Assembly (NCBI GenBank): GCA_050732695.1
Contig: JBOHRL010000053.1
Coordinates: forward strand, 42,495 to 106,494
Length of the DNA stretch: 64,000 nucleotides
Reading direction: 5' to 3'
Origin: Longimicrobiales bacterium
GTDB taxonomy: Bacteria; Gemmatimonadota; Gemmatimonadetes; Longimicrobiales; RSA9
Positions 10,520-19,721 of this stretch are shown here, in pieces (position 1 is the first letter of the stretch; the number at the start of each line of letters is the position of its first letter). The notes beneath the pieces were generated by a model. It was not told where the DNA came from. It searched no databases and saw only the letters and a program-made list of their open reading frames with translations. The position numbers were made by a program, and so were the translations under genes.

Positions 10520-11062
10520 TCAGGTCTGCCCTGCGAGGTCGCCGGTCATGGGGGCAATCCTGATCTTCAGCTCGTTTCGCTCGCCGTCGCGGAGGTGCGG
10601 TGAGCCGGCAAGTCTGCGTGCCGCCTCGATCATTTCATGTGCGTCCGCCTGTCGCTCCTGTTCAACGGCCACGAATGCAGCATCGATATACGCATTGGCG
10701 GCGGCGAGGACCTGTCCGTTGCGAACGGCCCGCTCGGCCGCATTGAAGAAGGCGCGCCGCGCGTCCGTCAGGTCTCCGATGTAGTAGCGCAGACGCCCGG
10801 CCATGATGAGATTGTCGGCTGCTTGCGCGTCACCCTGCGGCCGCAACGCCGACGCACGAAGCAGCAGGTCCGCAGCGTCAGCGTACTTCGCCCGCTGGTT
10901 GTACAGCGATCTTGCGTGCTGCTCGAGCTGTGCGGCCTGCTCGAGGTCGGGTGCCATGTTCGTTCCCGCAATCTGACCCGCGACATCTTCTACCGAAGAG
11001 AATACGGCGACCAGCGCCGCTGCCGTGATCATTCGCATCGAGACCGTCGTCACCTTCGACAT
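10520..11062 (-). CDS. Small secreted helical-repeat (TPR-like) protein
   Basis: ORF 10520..11851 is over-extended. The credible part starts at MSKVTTVSMRMITAAALVAVFSSVEDVAGQ (ATG 11062-11060), which is signal-like. The rest is Ala/Leu-rich helical repeats. Confidence 0.55.
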   Translation of the reverse strand: MSKVTTVSMRMITAAALVAVFSSVEDVAGQIAGTNMAPDLEQAAQLEQHARSLYNQRAKYADAADLLLRASALRPQGDAQAADNLIMAGRLRYYIGDLTDARRAFFNAAERAVRNGQVLAAANAYIDAAFVAVEQERQADAHEMIEAARRLAGSPHLRDGERNELKIRIAPMTGDLAGQT

Positions 11063-11330
11063 CGGTTTCTGCCTTTCCCTGTTGTTGACCATTTCACGCC
11101 GGCGCCAATCGACGCAACGTCGAACGGGTTGCCTCAGCGTGCCCAGCCTGGTAACACAAGATGCCGGGATGACCGGAACGAGGGCACCCGGAACGCGGCC
11201 GGCCGGGAGGGTGCCGAAAGTCATTGATCCGGCCCGACTCCCGATCCATGGTCGATGTTGACAGGAGGTAAACCCGGCGCATTGATTCCCGAACGGCAGG
11301 TGCCGGGAGGACTCGATCCGGAGCGTCGCC

Positions 11331-12416
11331 ATGTCAAGCATACGACCACCGATCCTGGTGAACACCGTCACGTCGGCACGCACTCCGGTCAGGCATGATT
11401 CACTCCCGGATCGCGTCCTTCCTGGCTGGAGCGTGCGCGCTCTACTTGCGTGCCTTGCAGCTGCGTCGTTCGGATGCGATGGGATGTCGGCCCGTCCTGC
11501 GACGGTCCTTGGGGGAGCGGCGGCGCAGGACACGCTGACGCCGGCCTGGGAATGGTCGATGGAACGGATCGCAGACGTCGTGAACGCGGCCCGCGCCGGC
11601 ACGAACCTTCGACCAGCGAGCTGGCCGGGCGGTGCGCGTGTCGCGGTCCTGCTGTCCTTCGATGTCGATAACGAGACCGTGAACCTGCGCTTCGCACGTC
11701 CGACGATCGGCGAGCTGTCGCAGGGCCAGTACGGTGCGCGCCAGGGACTGCGGCGCGTGGTCGAACTGCTCGATCGCCATGACATTCCGGCGACGTTCTT
11801 CATTCCGGCCGTGAGTCTGCGTCTCGCGCCCGGCATGGCGGACGTGATCAAGGCCGCCGGGCATCATGAGTTCGCTGTTCACGGATGGATCCACGAGATG
11901 AACTCTTCGCTCGACGGACCAACCGAGAAGCGCCTCGTGCAGCAGGCGATCACGGAGCTGGAACAGCTCACCGGCTACAGCCCCGTCGGCTACCGGGCAC
12001 CGTCCTGGAATTTCAGCGCGAATACACTCGATATCCTGCGCGAGCTGGGATTCCTCTACGACAGTTCCTTGATGGCCGATGACGATCCGTACGAGATCGA
12101 GTCCGATGGTCAGCGCACGGGAATCGTCGAGCTTCCCGTTGAATGGATTCTTGATGAGGCGCCACTCGTGAACCCGCGCGGCAATGCATACACAACACCG
12201 CGCGAGTTGGCCCAGGTCTGGATCGATGAGTTCGACGTTGCCTACGCAGAGCGTGGCATGTTCGTGCTGACAACGCACCCGCACCTGATCGGCCACCGTT
12301 CACGCATGGTCGCGCTCGAGCTTCTCATCGAGCACATCCGCGCGAAGCCGGGCGTCTGGTTCGCGACGCATCGTGCAGCCGCCGAATACGTGAAGCCGGC
12401 CGCCAACCCCGGCTGA
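11331..12416 (+). CDS. Polysaccharide deacetylase (NodB-homology) family protein
   Basis: VAVLLSFDVDNETV supplies the Asp motif, and EFAVHGWIHE is an HxxxH metal motif. YRAPSWNFS and LTTHPHLIGHRSR match PuuE-like deacetylases. A possible lipoprotein signal is LLACLAAASFGC. The exact start is uncertain. Confidence 0.8.
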   Translation: MSSIRPPILVNTVTSARTPVRHDSLPDRVLPGWSVRALLACLAAASFGCDGMSARPATVLGGAAAQDTLTPAWEWSMERIADVVNAARAGTNLRPASWPGGARVAVLLSFDVDNETVNLRFARPTIGELSQGQYGARQGLRRVVELLDRHDIPATFFIPAVSLRLAPGMADVIKAAGHHEFAVHGWIHEMNSSLDGPTEKRLVQQAITELEQLTGYSPVGYRAPSWNFSANTLDILRELGFLYDSSLMADDDPYEIESDGQRTGIVELPVEWILDEAPLVNPRGNAYTTPRELAQVWIDEFDVAYAERGMFVLTTHPHLIGHRSRMVALELLIEHIRAKPGVWFATHRAAAEYVKPAANPG

Positions 12417-12602
12417 ACGGCGCTCGCGAGGTCGCCCCCGAAGGTCACTGCACCTACCGGTGCCACCTTGCCGAATGGCGCTGGTGGCGTCCCGGAGAAC
12501 CCCTTTCGGGGCACGCCCCCGTGTTGTCAATTGGGCACCCTTCGTTCCGACAACTCCAAGGAGAACCATGACGATGTCTGAACCAGGTCGCGGCCAGCGG
12601 AT

Positions 12603-15023
12603 GTGGAAGGGCGCATGTTGACCGCGACGGCGATGGTCATTGTTCGATCAGCCCAGGAACCCGTGAGTGGAGGCGGCGAGGCCAGTCTGATTCTGCCGGA
12701 CCTGGGGCAAATCGCGTTTCTGGGTGTGAGCGGGAGCACGCTCCTCATGTTCGGCCTGCTGGTCTGTGCCGGCGGCTTCGTGTTCGGTGCTGCGACGTAT
12801 CAGGGTTTGCGCCGGTTGCCGGTGCACCCGGCCATGCGCGAAGTGTCCGAGTTGATCTACGCGACCTGCAAAACGTATCTCTTCACGCAGGGCAAGTTCA
12901 TTGCGCTGCTGAGCGCATTCATTGGTGCAGTCATTGTTTTCTATTTCGGCGCACTGCGCGATATGTCGGCTGTGAAAGTTGCGGTCATCCTGCTGTGCAG
13001 CGTGATCGGCATCCTGGGCAGCGTCGGAGTAGCGTGGTTCGGAATCCGCGTCAACACGTTCGCCAACTCGCGCTCGGCGTTTGCGAGTCTGAAGGGCAAG
13101 CCATTTCCGACGTACGCGATTCCGCTGCGTGCAGGCATGTCCATCGGCACCATGCTGATCAGCGTCGAACTCGCGATCATGCTTGCCATTCTGCTGTTCA
13201 TTCCCGGTGATTTCGCGGGCCCGTGCTTCATTGGCTTTGCGATCGGTGAGTCGCTTGGCGCGTCCGCCCTGCGTATTGCGGGCGGTATCTTTACCAAGAT
13301 CGCCGACATCGGGTCGGATCTCATGAAGATCGTCTTCAACATCAAGGAAGACGATGCACGCAATCCGGGCGTGATCGCGGACTGTACCGGCGACAATGCG
13401 GGCGACTCGGTGGGACCGACAGCCGATGGATTCGAGACCTACGGCGTTACGGGCGTTGCCCTCATCTCGTTCATACTGCTTGCGATCACGGATGTGACGG
13501 TTCAGGTCCAGCTGCTGGTCTGGATCTTCGCCATGCGCATCATGATGGTCTTCGCAAGCGTCTTTTCCTATTTCGTGAACGAGGCCTGGGCGCGTGCGCG
13601 CTACGCTGGTGCGAGCCAGATGAACTTCGAAACACCGCTCACGTCGCTGGTCTGGCTGACATCGCTGGTTTCGATCGTGCTGACGTTTGTGGTCACGTGG
13701 CTGCTGGTGCCCGGGCTCGGCGACGGCACGCTGTGGTGGAAGCTGGCCGCCATCATCAGTTGTGGCACGCTCGCCGGCGCCGTCATCCCCGAACTCGTCA
13801 AGATCTTCACGTCCACGGAATCGGGCCACGTGAGAGAGGTCCTCGTCGCATCCCGTGAGGGTGGCACATCGCTCAACATTCTCTCCGGACTGACCGCCGG
13901 CAACTTCAGCGCTTACTGGATGGGTCTGACGATCGTAGCTTTGATGGCCGTCGCGTATTCGGTCAGCACGCTCGGCCTGGATGCGATCATGCTGGCGCCC
14001 GCCGTGTTCGCGTTCGGCCTCGTCGCTTTCGGCTTTCTCGGCATGGGACCGGTGACCATCGCGGTGGACTCCTACGGCCCGGTCACGGACAATGCCCAGT
14101 CGATCTACGAACTGTCGCTGATCGAGAGCCTGCCCGGCGTCCGCGAACAGGTCAAGCGCGATTTCGGGTTCACACCGGATTTCGATCAGTCGAAGCACTT
14201 CCTCGAGGCCAATGACGGCGCCGGCAATACATTCAAGGCCACCGCAAAGCCCGTCCTGATTGGAACAGCGGTCGTCGGCGCGACGACGATGATCTTCTCG
14301 ATCATCATGCTGCTCACGGACGGGTTGACCACAGGCATGGAGAACCTGTCGATCCTGCATGCGCCCTTCCTGCTCGGGCTGATCACGGGCGGCGCCATCA
14401 TCTACTGGTTCACGGGAGCCTCGACGCAGGCAGTCACCACGGGCGCCTACCGGGCTGTCGAGTTCATCAAGGCGAACATCCGCCTCGAGGGCGTCGAGAA
14501 GGCGTCCCTCACCGACTCGAAGCGCGTCGTCGAGATCTGTACGCGCTACGCGCAGAAGGGCATGTTCAACATCTTCCTGGCCGTATTCTTCACCACGCTC
14601 GCGTTCGCGTGCGTGGAAGCCTACTTCTTCATCGGTTACCTGATCTCGATCGCGACCTTCGGTTTGTATCAGGCCATCTTCATGGCCAACGCCGGAGGCG
14701 CCTGGGACAACGCGAAGAAGCTGGTCGAAGTCGACCTGCGCGAAAAGGGTACGGACCTGCATGCCGCCACAGTCGTCGGCGATACCGTCGGTGACCCGTT
14801 CAAGGACACGTCCTCCGTGGCAATGAACCCGATCATCAAGTTCACGACACTCTTCGGACTTCTTGCCGTGGAGATGGCCGTCGAGTTGCCACGCACCACG
14901 AGCGCGTTTCTGGCCGCCGCGTTCCTGGCGGTATCGATGGTGTTCGTCTGGCGCTCGTTCTATGGAATGAGGATTCAGGCAGGGCCAGCGGTGCGCACGG
15001 AAATGAGGGAAGTCCGGGTCTGA
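12603..15023 (+). CDS. hppA: Membrane-bound proton-translocating pyrophosphatase
   Basis: Diagnostic blocks are present: GGIFTKIADIGSDLMKIV, DDARNPGVIADCTGDNAGDSVGPTADGFETY, AGGAWDNAKKLVE and GDTVGDPFKDTSSVAMNPIIKF. GNTFKATAKP has Lys at the A/K position of the GNTT(A/K)A motif, which by inference suggests the K+-independent type. The start is GTG 12603 or ATG 12615. Confidence 0.95.
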   Translation: MEGRMLTATAMVIVRSAQEPVSGGGEASLILPDLGQIAFLGVSGSTLLMFGLLVCAGGFVFGAATYQGLRRLPVHPAMREVSELIYATCKTYLFTQGKFIALLSAFIGAVIVFYFGALRDMSAVKVAVILLCSVIGILGSVGVAWFGIRVNTFANSRSAFASLKGKPFPTYAIPLRAGMSIGTMLISVELAIMLAILLFIPGDFAGPCFIGFAIGESLGASALRIAGGIFTKIADIGSDLMKIVFNIKEDDARNPGVIADCTGDNAGDSVGPTADGFETYGVTGVALISFILLAITDVTVQVQLLVWIFAMRIMMVFASVFSYFVNEAWARARYAGASQMNFETPLTSLVWLTSLVSIVLTFVVTWLLVPGLGDGTLWWKLAAIISCGTLAGAVIPELVKIFTSTESGHVREVLVASREGGTSLNILSGLTAGNFSAYWMGLTIVALMAVAYSVSTLGLDAIMLAPAVFAFGLVAFGFLGMGPVTIAVDSYGPVTDNAQSIYELSLIESLPGVREQVKRDFGFTPDFDQSKHFLEANDGAGNTFKATAKPVLIGTAVVGATTMIFSIIMLLTDGLTTGMENLSILHAPFLLGLITGGAIIYWFTGASTQAVTTGAYRAVEFIKANIRLEGVEKASLTDSKRVVEICTRYAQKGMFNIFLAVFFTTLAFACVEAYFFIGYLISIATFGLYQAIFMANAGGAWDNAKKLVEVDLREKGTDLHAATVVGDTVGDPFKDTSSVAMNPIIKFTTLFGLLAVEMAVELPRTTSAFLAAAFLAVSMVFVWRSFYGMRIQAGPAVRTEMREVRV

Positions 15024-15277
15024 TTCGCGACCGGGCGGTCCGGCGCGAATCCCGGCCGGCGCACTCTGCACGCTGAAGGTTTCCCGATCCACGGATCGGG
15101 ACTCCGGCGCGCGATGTGCAGTCGTGATTCATCGCTCTGAAGAACCCGGGAGGAACGATGGATCCGATCGACGCGATTCTCGACGCACACCGGCAGCACG
15201 GACGGGTCGGCAGGTTCGGCCGTTGACTTGAGCGCCCCGACGCCCAAAGCTACGGACGTACGCCTCGATCAAGGAGG

Positions 15278-16123
15278 ATGCCCGTGGTCAGGCGATGGCT
15301 TTCATTTGCCAGCCTCTTCGCCCTCGCGCAGAGCCTGCCCGGCTCGGCCCAGCCGGTTCCGCTTTCGCCGGCACGGGCGACCGGCCAGACCGTTACCCCC
15401 GCCTTCGAGGGCTGGTACCGGAACGCCGACGGTTCTTTCAGCATCTCGTTCGGCTACTTCAATCGCAACACCGAAGAAGAGGTGGACATCGCGGTGGGCC
15501 CGGAGAACTCGATCGAGCCCGGCGGCCCTGACCGCGGTCAGCCAACCCATTTCAGCGCGCGCCGCCACTGGGGTGTTTTCGCCGTCCGCGTGCCTGCCGA
15601 TTTCGGTGATCGCACGATGGTCTGGACCCTCATCATGCGCGGCGACACGTTCGCGATTGCCGGGAGTCTCAAACGCGGCTGGCAGATCGATGCACTCGAG
15701 GGCGAGGCCGGGAGCGGGAACACGCCACCGGCGTTGCGCTTCGAGATGGGCGGCCCGACAGGTTCAGGGCCGGGCGGCATAATGGGCCCGCCCCTCTCGG
15801 CGACGATCGGAACCCCCGTGCCACTCATCGTCTGGGCATCGGATGATGGCAAGGCAAGGAGCAGCATCGCGAGTGGCGGTCGCGCCGGCGCTCCCGTGAC
15901 GCTCACCTGGTTCAAACACCAGGGACCGGGTAACGTCACGTTCGCCGATGCATCGCCCGCCGCCGCCCCGACCGATGGCAGCGCCAGCACCACGGCCACG
16001 TTCGACGCGCCAGGCGAGTACGTCCTGCGAGTCCGCGCCAACGATGCATCTGGTGTCGAAGGCGCAGGCCACGCACAATGCTGCTGGACGAACGGCTTCG
16101 TGAAAGTCCGCGTCAGCCGCTGA
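15278..16123 (+). CDS. Hypothetical secreted protein (likely co-transcribed with the next gene)
   Basis: The signal reads (MP)VVRRWLSFASLFALAQSLPGSAQP. The SD aaggagg abuts ATG 15278, so GTG 15284 may be the true start. I recognise no family. The C-terminus reads AGHAQCCWTNGFVKVRV. Confidence 0.6.
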   Translation: MPVVRRWLSFASLFALAQSLPGSAQPVPLSPARATGQTVTPAFEGWYRNADGSFSISFGYFNRNTEEEVDIAVGPENSIEPGGPDRGQPTHFSARRHWGVFAVRVPADFGDRTMVWTLIMRGDTFAIAGSLKRGWQIDALEGEAGSGNTPPALRFEMGGPTGSGPGGIMGPPLSATIGTPVPLIVWASDDGKARSSIASGGRAGAPVTLTWFKHQGPGNVTFADASPAAAPTDGSASTTATFDAPGEYVLRVRANDASGVEGAGHAQCCWTNGFVKVRVSR

Positions 16124-16182
16124 AGATCTGCATGGTTCGATGAAGGGGATGGCGTAACCCGTTGCAAGCGGAGGAACGCGCC

Positions 16183-17580
16183 ATGAACAGGACGAGATTC
16201 GACTCGCGCATGCTGCGCATCACCGGCCTCGCCGTGCTGGTCCTCGTTGTTCTCGCGTTATGGAAAGGACGGGGCGTTGCACCGATGCATGCCGCGATGG
16301 TATCCGGTGCGGCATCGCTCGCGACTGACGCCGAGGTCACATACGCGAGGGATGTCGCACCGATCCTCCAGGCGAAATGTCAGGTGTGTCATCAGCCGAA
16401 TTCGATCGCGCCGATGTCGCTGCTGACGTACGAAGAGGCGAAGCAGTTCGCGCCATTGATCAAGACACGCGTTCAGTCGAGAACAATGCCGCCGTGGCAC
16501 ATCGACAAGGGCGTGGGCATCCAGGAGTTCAAGAACGACCGGTCTCTCACGGACGAACAGATCGAGACGATCGTGCGCTGGGTGGACGCTGGCACGCCGG
16601 CAGGCGATCCGGCCGACATGCCGCCGCCGGTTGACTGGCCGGACCCGACGCAGTGGCAGCTCGCGAGCGAATTCGGCGAACCCGATCTCATCGTTCGTTC
16701 CGAGCCGTACTCGGTGATGGCGCAGGGCCAGGACAAATGGTGGAGGCCGGAGGTCGAGACCGGCCTCACGGAAGCGCGCTGGGTGCGTGCCATTGAAGTC
16801 AAGCCGTCATTCCCCGCCGGTCGCAAGGTCGTCCATCACGTCCTCACCCTGCTCGTACAGAACGAGGAAGGTGTCACCGGTCTGGCCAGCACGGCCGCGC
16901 ACAGTGGCTCACGCATGACGGCCGGCCTGTTCATGGAGTGGGCCGTCGGCAAGACCGGCGAGATCTTTCCTGAAGATGCGGGTAAGTTGATGTTACCCGG
17001 TTCGCGAATTCGCTGGGAAGTCCACTACTACGCCATCGGCATGGAAGTCCCGGACGACCAGGTCGAGCTGGGCATCTGGTTCTATCCACGCGGTTTCACA
17101 CCGAAGAATCGCACCATCCTGCGCATGTTCAATGCGGCGCCCGGTTCCGTGCTCGACATCCCGCCCGGCGAGCTTGCGATCACGCAGAACTTCTACGTTC
17201 TGCCGGCACCTGCCCGGCTCGAGAATTTCCAGCCACACATGCACATGCGTGGCAAAGCGATGTCGATGGAAGCGATCCACCCGGACGGCCGGCGCGAGCT
17301 GCTCAGTACGGTCAGCAATTTCCAGTGGCGCTGGCACGTCAACTACATCTACGCGGACGGCGCGGCACCCGTACTGCCCAAAGGCACGACACTCGTGTTC
17401 ACTGCATGGCACGACAACACTGCCGCCAATCCGAGCAATCCGGACCCGGCGCAGTGGGTTGGCTGGGGCGACCGCACCGTCGACGAGATGGCACACGCGT
17501 GGGTCGATGTCACGTACCTCGAGCAGGCCGACTACGATCGACTTGCCTCAGCGCGGCAGAGTTCGACCCGGAGAGAGTGA
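16183..17580 (+). CDS. Membrane-anchored heme-c (CxxCH) protein with copper type-II monooxygenase-like C-terminal domain
   Basis: ORF 16162..17580 trimmed to ATG 16183 (SD ggagga at 16170-16175). MNRTRFDSRMLRITGLAVLVLVVLALW is an N-terminal anchor. CQVCH lies at 16378-16392. FQPHMHMRGKAM resembles the HxHxxG copper site of PHM/DBH-type monooxygenases. Confidence 0.65.
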   Translation: MNRTRFDSRMLRITGLAVLVLVVLALWKGRGVAPMHAAMVSGAASLATDAEVTYARDVAPILQAKCQVCHQPNSIAPMSLLTYEEAKQFAPLIKTRVQSRTMPPWHIDKGVGIQEFKNDRSLTDEQIETIVRWVDAGTPAGDPADMPPPVDWPDPTQWQLASEFGEPDLIVRSEPYSVMAQGQDKWWRPEVETGLTEARWVRAIEVKPSFPAGRKVVHHVLTLLVQNEEGVTGLASTAAHSGSRMTAGLFMEWAVGKTGEIFPEDAGKLMLPGSRIRWEVHYYAIGMEVPDDQVELGIWFYPRGFTPKNRTILRMFNAAPGSVLDIPPGELAITQNFYVLPAPARLENFQPHMHMRGKAMSMEAIHPDGRRELLSTVSNFQWRWHVNYIYADGAAPVLPKGTTLVFTAWHDNTAANPSNPDPAQWVGWGDRTVDEMAHAWVDVTYLEQADYDRLASARQSSTRRE

Positions 17581-17631
17581 GGACTCGCCGGCACAGACGT
17601 GAGCCGCGAAGTCCCGCTCCGGTCCGACGTT

Positions 17632-17826
17632 TCAGAACGTCACGTTGAACGCACCCGCGCTAACAATCTTGTCGCCGGTCGCGCCGGTTCCGGCCACGGG
17701 CGGCGCCGTGAACGAAAAGGTTCCCGTTGCGCCGGTGGCCGAGAGCGTGACGATCGTCACGGTTCCGCTGCCCCTGGCCGTTGTCCTCGTTCGCGAAATC
17801 GCTGGGCCGGACCGGCTCAGGTCCAT
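17632..17826 (-). CDS. Orphan 64-codon ORF (possible small protein or C-terminal gene remnant)
   Basis: Third-position G+C is high (about 80% by my count), so the ORF looks coding. The product ends ..KIVSAGAFNVTF, a beta-strand-like tail ending in Phe. There is no signal peptide, no SD and no recognisable family. An in-frame stop lies immediately upstream. Confidence 0.2.
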   Translation of the reverse strand: MDLSRSGPAISRTRTTARGSGTVTIVTLSATGATGTFSFTAPPVAGTGATGDKIVSAGAFNVTF

Positions 17827-17966
17827 TCACAGCCTGCATTGCGTCAACAACCATCGAACTCCGTCATCGCGATGGTGTCCTTTGCCGGCTCTCTGGATCG
17901 CGCGATACCGGCGCCGTATTGTAGCGGACGCGCAGCGACAGGGAGGTCCCCTTCAGGAGCCGGGCG

Positions 17967-19697
17967 ATGAGCGAGCAGCGGGAAGGGCCGGTGCAGGATC
18001 ACGGTGAGGCGACGGCCGTTACGCCGACCGGCCGTGTGGACCGGCGGGGATTCGTGCGGATCGCTGTGGCAACGGCGGCGGCCGGTGGCCTGAGCACACG
18101 CGTGTCTGCGCAGGGAGGCCGTGGCGCCGGACAGTCACAGCAGGCGCCGCAGACGCCGCCCATTCCCCTGGGTCAGGGCGAGCACCCGGCGCTGGTGTTC
18201 CAGGCGTATCCGGGCGGCACCGGCGCATACCTCGAGAAGCTCGCGCGCGAACGAGGCTACGGTGCGTTTGCTCGTACGGCGTTCCAGGTCGAGCCGTGGA
18301 CGGGCGAGGTACCGTCAGCGGAAGAGGATCTCGCCTTTCTGCCCGTGCACCGGCTGTCTGCGCTGATCGCGTCGCGACAGCTTTCGCCCCTCACGCTGAC
18401 GGAGATCTACCTGTCACGGCTGGAGCGGTACGATCCGACATTGCTGTGTGCGGTCACGATCCTGCGCGGACCGGCGATGGAGGCGGCGCAACAGGCCGAG
18501 ACGGACATCCGCAACGGGCAGTATCGCGGACCGCTGCATGGCATTCCGTACGGGTTGAAGGATCTGTTCGCGGTTCGCGGTGTGCGCACGGCATGGGGCT
18601 CGCGGGACTTCGAGAACCAGGTCATCGATGTCGATTCTGAAGTCTTCGTCCGGCTGCGCGACGCCGGCGCCATCATGATTGCCAAGCTGGCCACAGGTCT
18701 CTTCGCACAGGGCGATAACTGGTATCGCGGCCAGACGAAGAACCCGTGGAACCTGGAAGAGGGTTCGAGCGGCTCCTCGGCCGGACCCGCATCGGCCACG
18801 GCGGCCGGCTGCGTCGCGTTCGGGATCGGCACGGAGACGCAAGGTTCGATCGTCTCCCCGACTCGCCGTTGCGGGCTGTCCGCCCTCCGCCCGACGTTCG
18901 GTCGCGTCAGCCGCTACGGCGGCATGGTGCTCGCCTGGAGCATGGACAAGGTCGGACCCATCTGTCGGACGGTCGAAGACTGTGCCCTCGTCTTCAACAC
19001 GCTGCACGGCGCCGATGAGAAGGATCCTTCGACGGTAACGGCACCGTTCGCGTTCGAGCGCAAAGCGGATCTCTCCCGGCTTCGCATCGGCTACGACGAC
19101 GAAGCGCCGCAGGCATTCGTCGACAAGCTGCGTGAGTTGGGTGCGGACCCCGGACCCATTCCCGCCAGGCCTGAGACCTCCGGCATCAGTCAGCTCAGCG
19201 TCGAGTCCGCTGCCGCGTTCGATTACTGGATCTCGACGCTGCCACCGGAACGCGCCGACTCGATCGGAGGCGGCGGTGGCCGCGGCGGGCGCGGCGCCGG
19301 TGGCGGAGGCGGGCGCGCTGGCGAAGCAACGGCCGGCGCTGGTGGCGTGCGTGCTGGCGAAGGCGGTGGACGGGGTGGGCGATTCACCCGTGGTCGCACG
19401 GTCCTGGCGCTCGACTTCCTTCAGGCGCAGCGCCGGCGCCTGATCCTGATGGAGCAGATGGCCGAGGTCATGCAGGATTTCGACATGTACGTGAGCGGGT
19501 CAGGCGATGTCGGCCTGACCAATCAGACCGGCCACCCGGCCGTAGTCGTGCCGTACCAGATGAGCGAGGGCGAGAATTCGCAGCCGGAATGCACCACTCT
19601 GATCGGCAGCCTGTTCGCGGACGACAGGATCCTGTCGGTCGCGCACGCATACCAGACGGCCACGGACTGGCACACCCGCCGACCTCGTCTCCTCTGA
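17967..19697 (+). CDS. Amidase-signature family amidase, TAT-exported
   Basis: The twin-arginine leader is VDRRGFVRIAVATAAAGGL. The amidase-signature blocks are PYGLKDLF and EGSSGSSAGPASATAAGCVAFGIGTETQGSIVSPT. A Gly/Arg-rich insert lies near nt 19264-19398. Confidence 0.9.
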   Translation: MSEQREGPVQDHGEATAVTPTGRVDRRGFVRIAVATAAAGGLSTRVSAQGGRGAGQSQQAPQTPPIPLGQGEHPALVFQAYPGGTGAYLEKLARERGYGAFARTAFQVEPWTGEVPSAEEDLAFLPVHRLSALIASRQLSPLTLTEIYLSRLERYDPTLLCAVTILRGPAMEAAQQAETDIRNGQYRGPLHGIPYGLKDLFAVRGVRTAWGSRDFENQVIDVDSEVFVRLRDAGAIMIAKLATGLFAQGDNWYRGQTKNPWNLEEGSSGSSAGPASATAAGCVAFGIGTETQGSIVSPTRRCGLSALRPTFGRVSRYGGMVLAWSMDKVGPICRTVEDCALVFNTLHGADEKDPSTVTAPFAFERKADLSRLRIGYDDEAPQAFVDKLRELGADPGPIPARPETSGISQLSVESAAAFDYWISTLPPERADSIGGGGGRGGRGAGGGGGRAGEATAGAGGVRAGEGGGRGGRFTRGRTVLALDFLQAQRRRLILMEQMAEVMQDFDMYVSGSGDVGLTNQTGHPAVVVPYQMSEGENSQPECTTLIGSLFADDRILSVAHAYQTATDWHTRRPRLL

Positions 19698-19721
19698 ACG
19701 GTGCGGATGCGTCGAAGTCCG

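Noticed and set aside
12648-15092. An 814-aa minus-strand ORF. Similar long ORFs occur at 37203..39548 (-), 42278..44038 (+), 1645..2964 (-), 8683..9795 (-), 5264..6043 (+) and 56142..57053 (+).
   Set aside because: All are antisense to genes with unambiguous family motifs (hppA, SusC, OMP/RAYT, tricorn, PQQ dehydrogenase, helicase). All have low-complexity, Arg-rich translations. They are GC-bias artefacts.
15158-15226. A 22-codon ORF (MDPIDAILDAHRQHGRVGRFGR) behind a strong SD (gggagga), upstream of the 15278 gene.
   Set aside because: It is too short and has no conservation evidence available. It could be a leader peptide, but I cannot support it beyond the SD/ATG pattern.
19264-19398. 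GGC-rich repetitive DNA that could be mistaken for a tandem-repeat or CRISPR-like array.
   Set aside because: It is in frame inside the amidase gene and encodes a Gly/Arg tract. It shows no repeat-spacer periodicity. No CRISPR array exists in the window.
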